64,000 nt of DNA, taken from positions 15,544-79,543 of the forward strand of contig JAZNRJ010000040.1 in the NCBI GenBank assembly GCA_045590675.1. Direction: 5' to 3'. This DNA comes from Acutalibacteraceae bacterium (lineage in GTDB: Bacteria; Bacillota; Clostridia; Oscillospirales; Acutalibacteraceae). This document shows, one piece after another, positions 27,509 through 36,799 of the stretch (within the stretch, counting starts at the first letter, position 1; each line of letters opens with the position of its first letter). The notes under the pieces are model-generated. The model was not told where the DNA came from, ran no database searches, and was given only the letters and a program-made list of their open reading frames with translations. The translations under genes were made by a program, and so were the position numbers.

Positions 27509-29303
27509 AAATTTGAAACAACATTTTAAAGAAATTCAGTAATTTATCAAAAAGCATTCTGAAAAATTCAGTTAATGAGTAGGTGTTTCCTTCTGTATAA
27601 CTTCTGTTTTCAACAAAACCGCAGTCGGAGCAAGTTCTGCTGCTGATTTTTAAAGGAGAATCACCAACATCTTCAAAATCGCTCCATTCGCTGAAACTAT
27701 GACCTTTAGCCTGATATTTTTCAACAATTCTGATTTCGCCGCACTGTGAACAAACAAGCTCAGATGTACCTTCGGCAAGACAGGTTGGTTCAATTACGAC
27801 CTCATTGTTCTGATGTTTACATTCGGTAAAAGCCTGAATATAAGCATTGTTAACTTTATAATCCTGTACGTCGTACCAACCTTTATTATATGCAGGTAAA
27901 TTCAAAAAGCTTTGTCCGGCTTTACTGGAATATGCATAAGCAGAGCTTGAAGAAGATTCAATAGGTATAAAAACAGTTCCGGATGAATGAGACAGCTTCA
28001 GCACAACCGTAAAATTCTTCTGCGGCTCTAAGTCAACACCGCCGGGAAATCTGATTGTTTGATATCCGCTGCGAGCAATATGAGTTGAATATGTATAAGC
28101 CAATGTTCCTGATACAGGGTTACCTTTGACACTGTCTTTATAAACCGAAACGGTCACATCAGTACCGGGTTGGATAAAATATGCTGAAACAGCAGTAAGT
28201 GTTTCGTATTCAGTAGCTTTGAAAACATTGGCTATCTCTGCTGAACCTTGATGATTGATACCGGAAACCCAGTATGTTCCGTTATATGTATAATTATGCC
28301 TGAAATTTGTTGCTTCCTGAGCGGTAAAACCAACAAATTCCTTTAAAGACGGGTCAGAATAAGAGACCCAGAAATAACCGTTGTTGCCAAAGCCTTTTCC
28401 CCAACTGTTTTTGCAAAGCCATGCACCGTTGGTCAACGGCTGAGCAAGAGGGTCAAAATTGGTTGCTGAATAGCTGTCATCCCAACCAACAATTGTAACG
28501 GCATGGTTTATATTGGTTGCGGAAGGAAAATAATAAGAATACTCACCGTTAAAATTATAAAGGTAATCTTTGTCATAATAAAGCAACGCCATTGCCGCTC
28601 CGTGCTCAACAATCCAGCTTTTTATATCATTAACATCTGATAAAACCTGAGCGGACTCAATAATAATACCGGAATCTTTGTTTGTTCGATCGCTTTCCGG
28701 GTAATTACCCATCATTTCAATATTATCATAAAGATACGGAAACTTTGCTTCTTCCGCAACACCGCTCCAACGTGCAAGCGCTGATGTTGCCATAAGCCAG
28801 TTGCCGCCATAAAAATACGGATTAGAAACGTTGGTGCCGTCACCGTAAACAGGAGATTCAGGATCATCAACACAAGGGTTCAAAGCAAACCAAAGCAAGT
28901 GAGACTCAGAAAAATCAACAGTATTAACATCCTTGTATCCTTTTATAATCGAATCTGATTCAAGCGAACTCATAACACAAAACGACCAACAACCGCCAGT
29001 TGTACCCTGATTTTTAACCGAAGTTACATATCCGTAATCACGGGCATCAAACTGAACTCTCTGCACACTTGATGAAGTTGCAACATCGTGAGGAATATCA
29101 ACAAAAATATCCGCATTCTGAGTAAAAACCAACGAATTCTTTTTTGGTACAACTGAATTGTTTGAAACCGAAGTGGGAGTAGCCTCAGTTAAAAATTCAA
29201 CCGTTTCAAGCGGAACAAGCGGTTGGTCCGCACTTGCATAAAGCGAAGCTGCAGAAAGCAAAACAAGGACTATAGATAATAAAAAAGAAATTATTTTTTT
29301 CAC
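27507..29303 (-). CDS. Secreted C1A papain-like cysteine peptidase with a lectin-like domain and Cys-rich C-terminal repeats
   Basis: QGTTGGCWSF, NHAVTIVGW and KNSWG catalytic motifs; signal peptide; PTC..EG...CSQCG repeats; GTG start. Confidence 0.9.
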   Translation of the reverse strand: MKKIISFLLSIVLVLLSAASLYASADQPLVPLETVEFLTEATPTSVSNNSVVPKKNSLVFTQNADIFVDIPHDVATSSSVQRVQFDARDYGYVTSVKNQGTTGGCWSFCVMSSLESDSIIKGYKDVNTVDFSESHLLWFALNPCVDDPESPVYGDGTNVSNPYFYGGNWLMATSALARWSGVAEEAKFPYLYDNIEMMGNYPESDRTNKDSGIIIESAQVLSDVNDIKSWIVEHGAAMALLYYDKDYLYNFNGEYSYYFPSATNINHAVTIVGWDDSYSATNFDPLAQPLTNGAWLCKNSWGKGFGNNGYFWVSYSDPSLKEFVGFTAQEATNFRHNYTYNGTYWVSGINHQGSAEIANVFKATEYETLTAVSAYFIQPGTDVTVSVYKDSVKGNPVSGTLAYTYSTHIARSGYQTIRFPGGVDLEPQKNFTVVLKLSHSSGTVFIPIESSSSSAYAYSSKAGQSFLNLPAYNKGWYDVQDYKVNNAYIQAFTECKHQNNEVVIEPTCLAEGTSELVCSQCGEIRIVEKYQAKGHSFSEWSDFEDVGDSPLKISSRTCSDCGFVENRSYTEGNTYSLTEFFRMLFDKLLNFFKMLFQI

Positions 29304-29369
29304 AGCCTCACCTCCTGCAAATTAAATACTTTTTTAAAGTTTAACATATTTTATAAAAAATATCAATGA

Positions 29370-31628
29370 TTACTTATGAATCCCAACAAAATTTTTATAT
29401 CTTAATAAAATTTCATCATATTTATCATAATTTTCTTTTTGAGCAACAATTTTTTGAGCATCAACATAAGGTTTAACTGCCTTTGAGTAAACCGAATATT
29501 CATTGGTAAGTTTTTTCAAATCCGCTTCAATAGTTGCCTTGGATTTACGCTGAACATCAAGTTTATCATAAAGAATCTTAACGAGTTGCTTGTTATTATT
29601 CTCTTTTGCTCTTTTAATTGCAGCCAAAGTTTCGTTATACGCTGTTTCAGATGCATCCCTTGCAGAGAAAATAACGTTAAAGCGGTTCATATCAAATTCT
29701 TCAATTCCGTTGGGATAAAAGCGTTCAATGGCTTTACCTGCCCTGACAAAATCGTTATAACTGCTCAAAGCATCTCTCTTTTTTCGTTTTTGCTCAACTG
29801 TTTCGGCTGGCATATTTTTAACGCTGTCTTTATAGGGAATAAGGTCAAGAAATCCGTTAACGCCTGCATTTACAACCCTGAGAGCATTTTCATATTCTTC
29901 AATACCTTCTGGTTTATTATATCGGTTAAGCTCATCAATAATAATTGATGACATTTCGATTTTTTCGTTTTGCAAACGGATTCTAATGTTTTCGGCTCTG
30001 TTCTTTATGCGTGATTTTTTATCTCCAATAACAACGTTTTTTACTATTCTATCGGGTGTTTTGCCGTAATATTCCTGAGCTTCACTGATAATTGCAAATG
30101 ATTCAGCAAGGCTTTCGTCACTCAAAACGCCGTCTCCGTAGTCTTTGAACATTGCTCTGATTTTAAGAACAGAAACCATCGCCTTTTGCTTTGTCTCAGT
30201 TAAATCATAGAAAAAGAACGGTATAACGTTCATCGCTGCGCCAACAACAGAAGCAATAATCAGAACGCTGCTTATATGAACAAAATATTCTTGATTATAA
30301 AGAACGTCATAAACATTTGATGCACTGTAGCCCAGCGAAACGGCAACACTTTCGTTCAGACCTGCTTTTTCATAAAGTGTGGGCAAAACAGAGCTTGTGA
30401 GCAAGGTTATAACGCTGCCGATAAGACCTACAGCCGAGAACATACCGTCAATTCTTTCGCCCGTGATATATTGCTGATAATCTCTTATATCAGCGTTAAG
30501 GCTTGGATTCATCAGATGACCAAGCGAAGTCATAAACTGATTAATAAATGTGCAAATAAGCAGAACCCAAATCATATTTGCTCCGTTACCCCTGACAATC
30601 GGAAGCATTGCAGCAATAAACAGAATATTAAAAATATTGGTAAAAATTAAAACTTTTTTCTTGCCGAAGCGTCTGATAAAAAACGGGCCGACAAGATTAG
30701 GCCAAAACGAAGCATTGCCGGATATTGCAGTTATCAACGAATACTGACCTGCAGAGCAGGCCTTACGGTAATTATACATCCAACCCATAATTGTGTTGAA
30801 TGAGCCTTCAAGAAATCCGAGCCAGCCTGCCAGCGACAGAATCCAGAAATATTTGTTTTTGATAACAGCTCTGAGTGCATCGGCAAACTTAATCTGAATT
30901 ATTCTGTTTTTGGGCTGAACAATTTTTTCTTCTGTATTAACATATATTAAAACAGAAATAAGGAAACCAACCAAAAGCATAGGCGGATAAATAACGCGAT
31001 ATACCCTTAAATCATAAAGCGTGTTATCCCCTGTTATCATTCTTGCAACAATGGGCAAAAAGATGTTGGCAATTGACGGCGAAAGGTTTTCAACAACGCA
31101 TTTTACGGAACAAACATCGGATCGTTCAATTGTGTTCGGTGAAAGTACATTGATAAGACTGTCATACGAATCGTTAAGAAAATTATAGAAAAACTGAAAG
31201 CCTATGTTAAACAGCAAAACGGTTATGCACTTTGCCGTTAAATCCATGCTCTCATAAGGTGCCCAGACAAAGCCTATACCGAGCAAAACCGTGGGAATAC
31301 CCATTGAAAGGATATACGGCCTGTATTTGCCTTTGAGGCTTTTGGTGTTATCAATCATCTTTGCCCTGAGAGCAGTAAGCGGAAAGCCTGAAAGAATGCT
31401 TAATATGTAAATAACATACATTGCACTGGGGTTGATACCGATTGTGTTACCGATAAGAGTATTACCAATGCTTATTATCATATTGCTGACAATAAAAACA
31501 ATAATTCTTACACCGATACCGCCAACAGAAAGAGAAGTTATCTCTTTGAAAGACATATATCGGCCTTTCATCGGAGTTTTCCAATAAGTCTTAAAATTAT
31601 TCAATAATGAACTGATTTTTGAAATCAA
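29370..31628 (-). CDS. GPH-like MFS transporter with a long soluble C-terminal extension
   Basis: KGKYRPY and DIRDYQQYITGERIDG motifs, about 12 TM segments, then ~230 hydrophilic charged residues; TTG start. Confidence 0.8.
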   Translation of the reverse strand: MISKISSLLNNFKTYWKTPMKGRYMSFKEITSLSVGGIGVRIIVFIVSNMIISIGNTLIGNTIGINPSAMYVIYILSILSGFPLTALRAKMIDNTKSLKGKYRPYILSMGIPTVLLGIGFVWAPYESMDLTAKCITVLLFNIGFQFFYNFLNDSYDSLINVLSPNTIERSDVCSVKCVVENLSPSIANIFLPIVARMITGDNTLYDLRVYRVIYPPMLLVGFLISVLIYVNTEEKIVQPKNRIIQIKFADALRAVIKNKYFWILSLAGWLGFLEGSFNTIMGWMYNYRKACSAGQYSLITAISGNASFWPNLVGPFFIRRFGKKKVLIFTNIFNILFIAAMLPIVRGNGANMIWVLLICTFINQFMTSLGHLMNPSLNADIRDYQQYITGERIDGMFSAVGLIGSVITLLTSSVLPTLYEKAGLNESVAVSLGYSASNVYDVLYNQEYFVHISSVLIIASVVGAAMNVIPFFFYDLTETKQKAMVSVLKIRAMFKDYGDGVLSDESLAESFAIISEAQEYYGKTPDRIVKNVVIGDKKSRIKNRAENIRIRLQNEKIEMSSIIIDELNRYNKPEGIEEYENALRVVNAGVNGFLDLIPYKDSVKNMPAETVEQKRKKRDALSSYNDFVRAGKAIERFYPNGIEEFDMNRFNVIFSARDASETAYNETLAAIKRAKENNNKQLVKILYDKLDVQRKSKATIEADLKKLTNEYSVYSKAVKPYVDAQKIVAQKENYDKYDEILLRYKNFVGIHK

Positions 31629-31642
31629 AAGGCTTCCTCCTA

Positions 31643-33013
31643 TCAGTTTTTATTTATAATTATCGTGTTAACCGATTCGGGGTAAATATTAACCGATTCA
31701 AGCGAAATATCAAATTTTTCAAGGTTGAGCAGATTATCGGTAACATACATTTTTGCGTTACCGCCTTGAGAAACAGTTATATTTTTTGTTGCAAATGTGC
31801 TGTTGATAACGATAAGTTTTGTCTGCTTATTGTTTTCAAAAGCAAGAATCTTTAAATCATTATCAGTGCAAGAAACCTCAACTCTTACATCGCCTTTTTT
31901 AATGAATTTGCTGAAATTGCCGAAAGTATAGTATCTTTTTGTCAGTCTGAAAGTTCGTCTGTCATTGAAAAGGTAAATCAGCCCGTCACAATAATCTACA
32001 TCGGAGCAGGCAATCCAAAGCTGCCATGAAGCGGCATCCATATAGTTAATATCCTCAAACATAATCTTCGCCTGTTCAAGGGCGGAATCCATGCCGTAAT
32101 GCCTTTGTCCCTGCATATGGCACCATTCGCTTGTTATAAGGTCAACACCGGGGTAATGCTTATCCATCCAGTTCTTATAGCGTTTCACAAAATCTAATCT
32201 GCCACCGATAAAAGGCAGTTCAATGTGATTGAGAAAATAGGAGTGGGTATCAACGCTGTCAATATTTCTTCTGACAACAGGGTCATTAAGCATAACCTTT
32301 GCATATGTTTTGTTAAACCAACGCAAATCTCCGTTTTCAGCGCCTGAAAGCTTAAGCTTACCGCCAAGATTTCTTTTTTCAATCTCCAGAGCAAAAACCT
32401 TCATCACATCTTTGACTTGCCACCAACGGTAATGGCAGCCTTCCTGACCACCTGCCCATATCCAAACAGGCTCATTGACGGGCGAAAGATATTTAACAGG
32501 AACGCCTTCGGCAATAAAATGTTCGCAAACATCAATACAGTAATCGGCAAAAGGCTGATAGTTTTCTTTGGCAAGGTTTGTGTGACCTTTTTTATCAAGA
32601 TGAGATTTGTGATTTTTGGTTAAACGCTCAATCGGAGAATTAACAAAGAAAACTATTTCATCCGCACCGTATTTAACGGCATTTTTCAAAGTCCAGACAG
32701 CGTATTTATCTCTTGACCAATCATATTTACCCTTGCCTGCATCAAAAGATTCGGTTCTTCTTGTTTCCCGGGAAAATTCGCCTGCACCCGAATGAGCCGA
32801 ACCTGCGCCGATATTATATCTGAAACAGGTTATGCCAATACCGTTAACAGGGTCAAAAAGAAGCTGATTTATACGCTCTCTTTTTTCAAGTCCGCTTTCA
32901 GGGTCAATTTCATCCCAAGCACCTGTAACCTGAGCCCACCAGGCTCCGCTGACACCAAAAGAACGCATCGTCTGATGTTTTTTGCCGTAAAGGATTTCGA
33001 TTTTTGTTTTCAT
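31643..33013 (-). CDS. GH30 glycoside hydrolase
   Basis: FGVSGAWW, RYNIGAGS, acid/base SPVNEP and nucleophile TSEW. Confidence 0.85.
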   Translation of the reverse strand: MKTKIEILYGKKHQTMRSFGVSGAWWAQVTGAWDEIDPESGLEKRERINQLLFDPVNGIGITCFRYNIGAGSAHSGAGEFSRETRRTESFDAGKGKYDWSRDKYAVWTLKNAVKYGADEIVFFVNSPIERLTKNHKSHLDKKGHTNLAKENYQPFADYCIDVCEHFIAEGVPVKYLSPVNEPVWIWAGGQEGCHYRWWQVKDVMKVFALEIEKRNLGGKLKLSGAENGDLRWFNKTYAKVMLNDPVVRRNIDSVDTHSYFLNHIELPFIGGRLDFVKRYKNWMDKHYPGVDLITSEWCHMQGQRHYGMDSALEQAKIMFEDINYMDAASWQLWIACSDVDYCDGLIYLFNDRRTFRLTKRYYTFGNFSKFIKKGDVRVEVSCTDNDLKILAFENNKQTKLIVINSTFATKNITVSQGGNAKMYVTDNLLNLEKFDISLESVNIYPESVNTIIINKN

Positions 33014-33015
33014 AA

Positions 33016-33579
33016 TTACTCCCCTGTTTCCAACACATATTCACAGTTCTGTTTTATATTAAAAGCCTCAAAATATTTTTCTTCCATCGGAATCCATTCG
33101 GATAAAAAACGTTGCAAAAGCTTTTCTCCATTGCGTTTTTTAATTCTTTCAATCTGTTCCGTTTCATCTACGGTGACAAATATTTTTATATCGGCATAAT
33201 CTCCGAACCTGGGGTGCAGACTGTATGACCCCTCAACAACCGTAATGTCATTCTTAAGAACAGATATATAGCCCGATATCGTCATTTTCGAGCAATCAAA
33301 CACTCCGTATTCAAAATCACATTTCTTTTTAAGATTTGGAATAACCTCGGCATAAAAGCGTTCATAATTTATATTGCCGCCCGGCTCATCAAAACGCTCT
33401 TTTGTCCGCAAGTCAGGCGGTAAAAAGAAATAATCCATATGAATTATCTGAGCATTAAATTCTGTTTCAATAAGCTTTGCAAGCGTTGTTTTGCCCGAAG
33501 CGGCTCTGCCGTCAATTGCAACAACAACGGGCTTGGGAGCAGCTTTTATAACATCTATCAAATTATTCACATTAACCAT
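33016..33579 (-). CDS. Uridine kinase/PRK-like P-loop kinase
   Basis: AIDGRAASGKTT Walker A, IHMDYFF and VVEGSYS. Confidence 0.82.
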   Translation of the reverse strand: MVNVNNLIDVIKAAPKPVVVAIDGRAASGKTTLAKLIETEFNAQIIHMDYFFLPPDLRTKERFDEPGGNINYERFYAEVIPNLKKKCDFEYGVFDCSKMTISGYISVLKNDITVVEGSYSLHPRFGDYADIKIFVTVDETEQIERIKKRNGEKLLQRFLSEWIPMEEKYFEAFNIKQNCEYVLETGE

Positions 33580-33581
33580 AT

Positions 33582-34058
33582 TCAGTCCTCAAAACCTTTT
33601 GTTATAAAGCCGAGCAAGCATTCACAGCCATTATGGATTTGTTTATAAGCAAGAGCAAAATTGCCACTGTACCAAGGGTCGGCAACCTCGCCTTTTTCGA
33701 TTGTAAAATCAAGTATTAGGCTCAATTTATCATCGGGGTCAGAACCGATAATTCTCAAGGTATTTTTAACGTTTTGTTTATCCATACAAATCAAATAGTC
33801 ATATTTGCCGTAATCGCCCTTTTTAAGCTGAACGGCTCTTTTGCCGCTGCAATTAATGCCGTGAGCAGCAAGCTCAGCTGCGGCAGGGGGATAAACAGGA
33901 TTGCCGATACCGCCCCAGATTTCCTCCGTGCTTGTGGCACAGGAGGAGCAAAAAATTTGGGATTCATAGCCGCCTCTTTTAACCATATCTCTAAATATAA
34001 ACTCTGCCATCGGCGAACGGCATATATTGCCGTGACAAATAAAAAGTACGTTAACCAT
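33582..34058 (-). CDS. Low-molecular-weight protein-tyrosine phosphatase
   Basis: CHGNICRSPMAE P-loop and VADPWY. Confidence 0.95.
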   Translation of the reverse strand: MVNVLFICHGNICRSPMAEFIFRDMVKRGGYESQIFCSSCATSTEEIWGGIGNPVYPPAAAELAAHGINCSGKRAVQLKKGDYGKYDYLICMDKQNVKNTLRIIGSDPDDKLSLILDFTIEKGEVADPWYSGNFALAYKQIHNGCECLLGFITKGFED

Positions 34059-34172
34059 ATTTTATCTCCTAATGTTGATATACAAATAATAACACATATT
34101 ATATTTCTTATCAACAAAAATAATAAAACCTCCGCAGCAGCTTAAAACTTACCGCGGAGATAATTCTGAATA

Positions 34173-35513
34173 TCAAATATCGTAAACTTTTGTTAATTTA
34201 AAAAGTTTCTTAAAAAATCCGATTAACTTTGCAAAAAAACCTGCATCCGATTTAATTGTTATGCTGTCGGTTGCAATAACGTTTTCTTGAGCATCATATA
34301 CTGTTGCCGTGAAGACAGTTTCACCGCTTGCCGCAGGAGTAATCAGGCAAGCTGAATAATCCTCAGAATAACCGAGAACATTGAATTTTGTGTTATTTGA
34401 TGACCAGACAATTACCCAATCCTCGGGAAGAGGGGCTTCATATTCTGTTCTTAAAATAAGACTGTCACCGTAGCTGATTTTCTTCATCTTAGTATCACGG
34501 ATTGCAAATTCAAAGACATCATCAGTGTCGGGTCCGGAAGGCGCTTGGGTGTTATCCTCATCAGGCTTTTCGGGCTGAGGCGCATCGGTGAATGTTTCTG
34601 CAATATCAGGCGGAGTCTGCGTTGTATCTTCGGGAATTTCGGGCGTTGCGCTTTCATTATCCGATTCAACCTTAAACAAATGCTGAGTATCATCAAGCAA
34701 TACGTTTTCAAAAGTAAAACCTGCCGTGCTCATCATTATACACTTTGAAGCTTCCGTTTCAGGGTCAGCTGATGTTTTAACATCAAAAGGAGGTTTCCCC
34801 ACAGCAACGGTATCATCAATGTTTTTATAGAATGTATATGTTACGGGATCGGCAAAGCTATAGCCTTCAGTTCCGTTGGCAAGTCCGTTTCTGACAGTAA
34901 CAAAAAATTCAACGAAATAAGCATCATCATTAAACTCATAGCAATAAACCGAACTTACATCTCTTCTGTAACCGAAATAATATACTGACATATCAGAAAG
35001 AGGAATAGTATAACTTGAATTGACAACCTTATCGGGCACAAGAAGTTTGCCTGCGCTGACAACAGGAATATCGGCAAGCATTCGGCTTGACTGATTTGCA
35101 TAAATACCGGCCGCTGAAACATCGGCATTACCGTTTATGTTTACAGTTGCAGGAACAGCTGCTTCATATTCACCGGTGCCGTTCTGAACATCGAAAAAAC
35201 GGTTATCAAATGTAAACCCCAAAACACCGGTGCCGATATAAAGGTCGGTTTTAAGATAAGCCTTAACCTTAAGCTTCATTCCGGGGGTAACAATATGGTC
35301 TGAAAGCTGCGAGTAAGAATTATCCTCACCGGGTTCATAAAACTCAGTTGCAATATAAACAAAGTTATCATTATCTGCACTCAGCTCTGCAAAAGATTCA
35401 ACGTTTTGTTCTGCCGCCGCAGAAACAGCGTTACCGCCAGAAAAAACCGCAAGATTAAAAGCAGTTAAAACTATAACGGCACACAAAATATAAGCTAATA
35501 ATTTTTTAAGCAT
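34173..35513 (-). CDS. Secreted/surface protein: beta-rich (cohesin-like?) domain, Pro/Asp/Thr linker, Ig-like domain and amphipathic tail
   Basis: Signal peptide, linker PEIPEDTTQTPP...PSGPD and C-terminal GFFAKLIGFFKKLFKL; start at ATG 35513 behind GAGGTG. Confidence 0.7.
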   Translation of the reverse strand: MLKKLLAYILCAVIVLTAFNLAVFSGGNAVSAAAEQNVESFAELSADNDNFVYIATEFYEPGEDNSYSQLSDHIVTPGMKLKVKAYLKTDLYIGTGVLGFTFDNRFFDVQNGTGEYEAAVPATVNINGNADVSAAGIYANQSSRMLADIPVVSAGKLLVPDKVVNSSYTIPLSDMSVYYFGYRRDVSSVYCYEFNDDAYFVEFFVTVRNGLANGTEGYSFADPVTYTFYKNIDDTVAVGKPPFDVKTSADPETEASKCIMMSTAGFTFENVLLDDTQHLFKVESDNESATPEIPEDTTQTPPDIAETFTDAPQPEKPDEDNTQAPSGPDTDDVFEFAIRDTKMKKISYGDSLILRTEYEAPLPEDWVIVWSSNNTKFNVLGYSEDYSACLITPAASGETVFTATVYDAQENVIATDSITIKSDAGFFAKLIGFFKKLFKLTKVYDI

Positions 35514-35631
35514 CAAAATCACCTCAAATTTATTACAAAAATAATATCACAAAACTAACAAAAAAACAATATATCTAATTTGATTGAAATTAAAAAGACA
35601 ATATGTTAATCTATAAAAAAGGAGTGATAAT

Positions 35632-36756
35632 ATGAACAAGCTTGTCAGATCATTTCTTCTTGGTTTTACGCTACCTTGCCTCGGTGCAATGGGAAGCCCC
35701 AAAAAGTGGAAATCTGCTAAATTTAAAAGAGACGAACCAAAACAACTGAAATTCAATGAAAACGGCAAATTCAAAATTCTTCACATTACCGATATACATA
35801 ACGTTGAACCCATTATGGACGATGACGAAAACCGTGAGATTCCCGAAAGCAGAGACAAAGAAACAATCAATGTAATCGAAAAACTGGTTGAGCAGACTAA
35901 TGCTGACCTTGTTGTTTTCGGCGGTGACAATATCAGCGGTTACTGGGAAGAGTTTACTTATGACTATGTTAAAAGCACAATTGAACGTATTACCGCACCG
36001 ATAAGGAAGAGAAACATTCCGCTTTGCGTTGTTTTCGGCAACCACGACGGTGAAGAAGGCTTCCATACCGAATTTCAGATGCTGCAGTATATGGAATATG
36101 AAAACTGCCTTTCAAATCTTAACGATGCCGATGTTTACGGTTGCGGTAACTGTTGCGTTACAATCAAAAGCAGTAAATCAGAAAAAGATGATTTTGCAAT
36201 ATGGTTGATTGATTCAAACGATTATCAGCGCAACAAAGAGGGCGGACTTTCTTACGACTGCGTTCACGACGACCAGATTGCCTGGTATGAAGAAAAATCA
36301 GCTCAGCTCAAATCCGAAAACGGTGATACTCCCCTGCCGTCAATTCTTTTTCAGCATATACCCGTTCAGCAAATGCTTGACGGATTTGAGGAAGTTACCG
36401 CTGACGATGATTACACTTTTGAACGTGACGGCAGGTATTTTAAATTTGCCCATAAAATTCTTGAAGGAAGAATAAGGGAAGTTCCCTGTCCGCCATATAT
36501 GGATAATGACCACAGAAATCAGTTTGAAAGTTGGAAAAAATGCAAAAACATTGTTGCCGCTTTCTTCGGTCACGACCACGTTAACGATTTCCATATAAAT
36601 ATTGACGGGATTGACCTTTACCAGACACTCGGAGCCGGTTATTTCACATACGGTCTTGAACGCGGCGGCAGACTGATTATTCTTGACGAAAATAACCCGA
36701 CATCAATTGAAACACAGTCAATTGAAATTGAAAGAATAACCAAAACCGAGATATAA
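35632..36756 (+). CDS. Calcineurin-like metallophosphoesterase
   Basis: TDIH, FGGDN, FGNHD, FQHIP and GHDHVND motifs. Confidence 0.9.
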   Translation: MNKLVRSFLLGFTLPCLGAMGSPKKWKSAKFKRDEPKQLKFNENGKFKILHITDIHNVEPIMDDDENREIPESRDKETINVIEKLVEQTNADLVVFGGDNISGYWEEFTYDYVKSTIERITAPIRKRNIPLCVVFGNHDGEEGFHTEFQMLQYMEYENCLSNLNDADVYGCGNCCVTIKSSKSEKDDFAIWLIDSNDYQRNKEGGLSYDCVHDDQIAWYEEKSAQLKSENGDTPLPSILFQHIPVQQMLDGFEEVTADDDYTFERDGRYFKFAHKILEGRIREVPCPPYMDNDHRNQFESWKKCKNIVAAFFGHDHVNDFHINIDGIDLYQTLGAGYFTYGLERGGRLIILDENNPTSIETQSIEIERITKTEI

Positions 36757-36757
36757 C

Positions 36758-36798
36758 AAAAGAACTGTACCTCCCCAAAAGGTACAGTTCTCTTTTTT
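36758..36798. terminator. Bidirectional terminator
   Basis: AGAACTGTACCT/AGGTACAGTTCT flanked by A and T tracts. Confidence 0.8.
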
Positions 36799-36799
36799 A

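Noticed and set aside
34500-34660. Tandem repeat in the Pro-rich linker
   Set aside because: Low-complexity amino-acid bias without a true DNA repeat unit.
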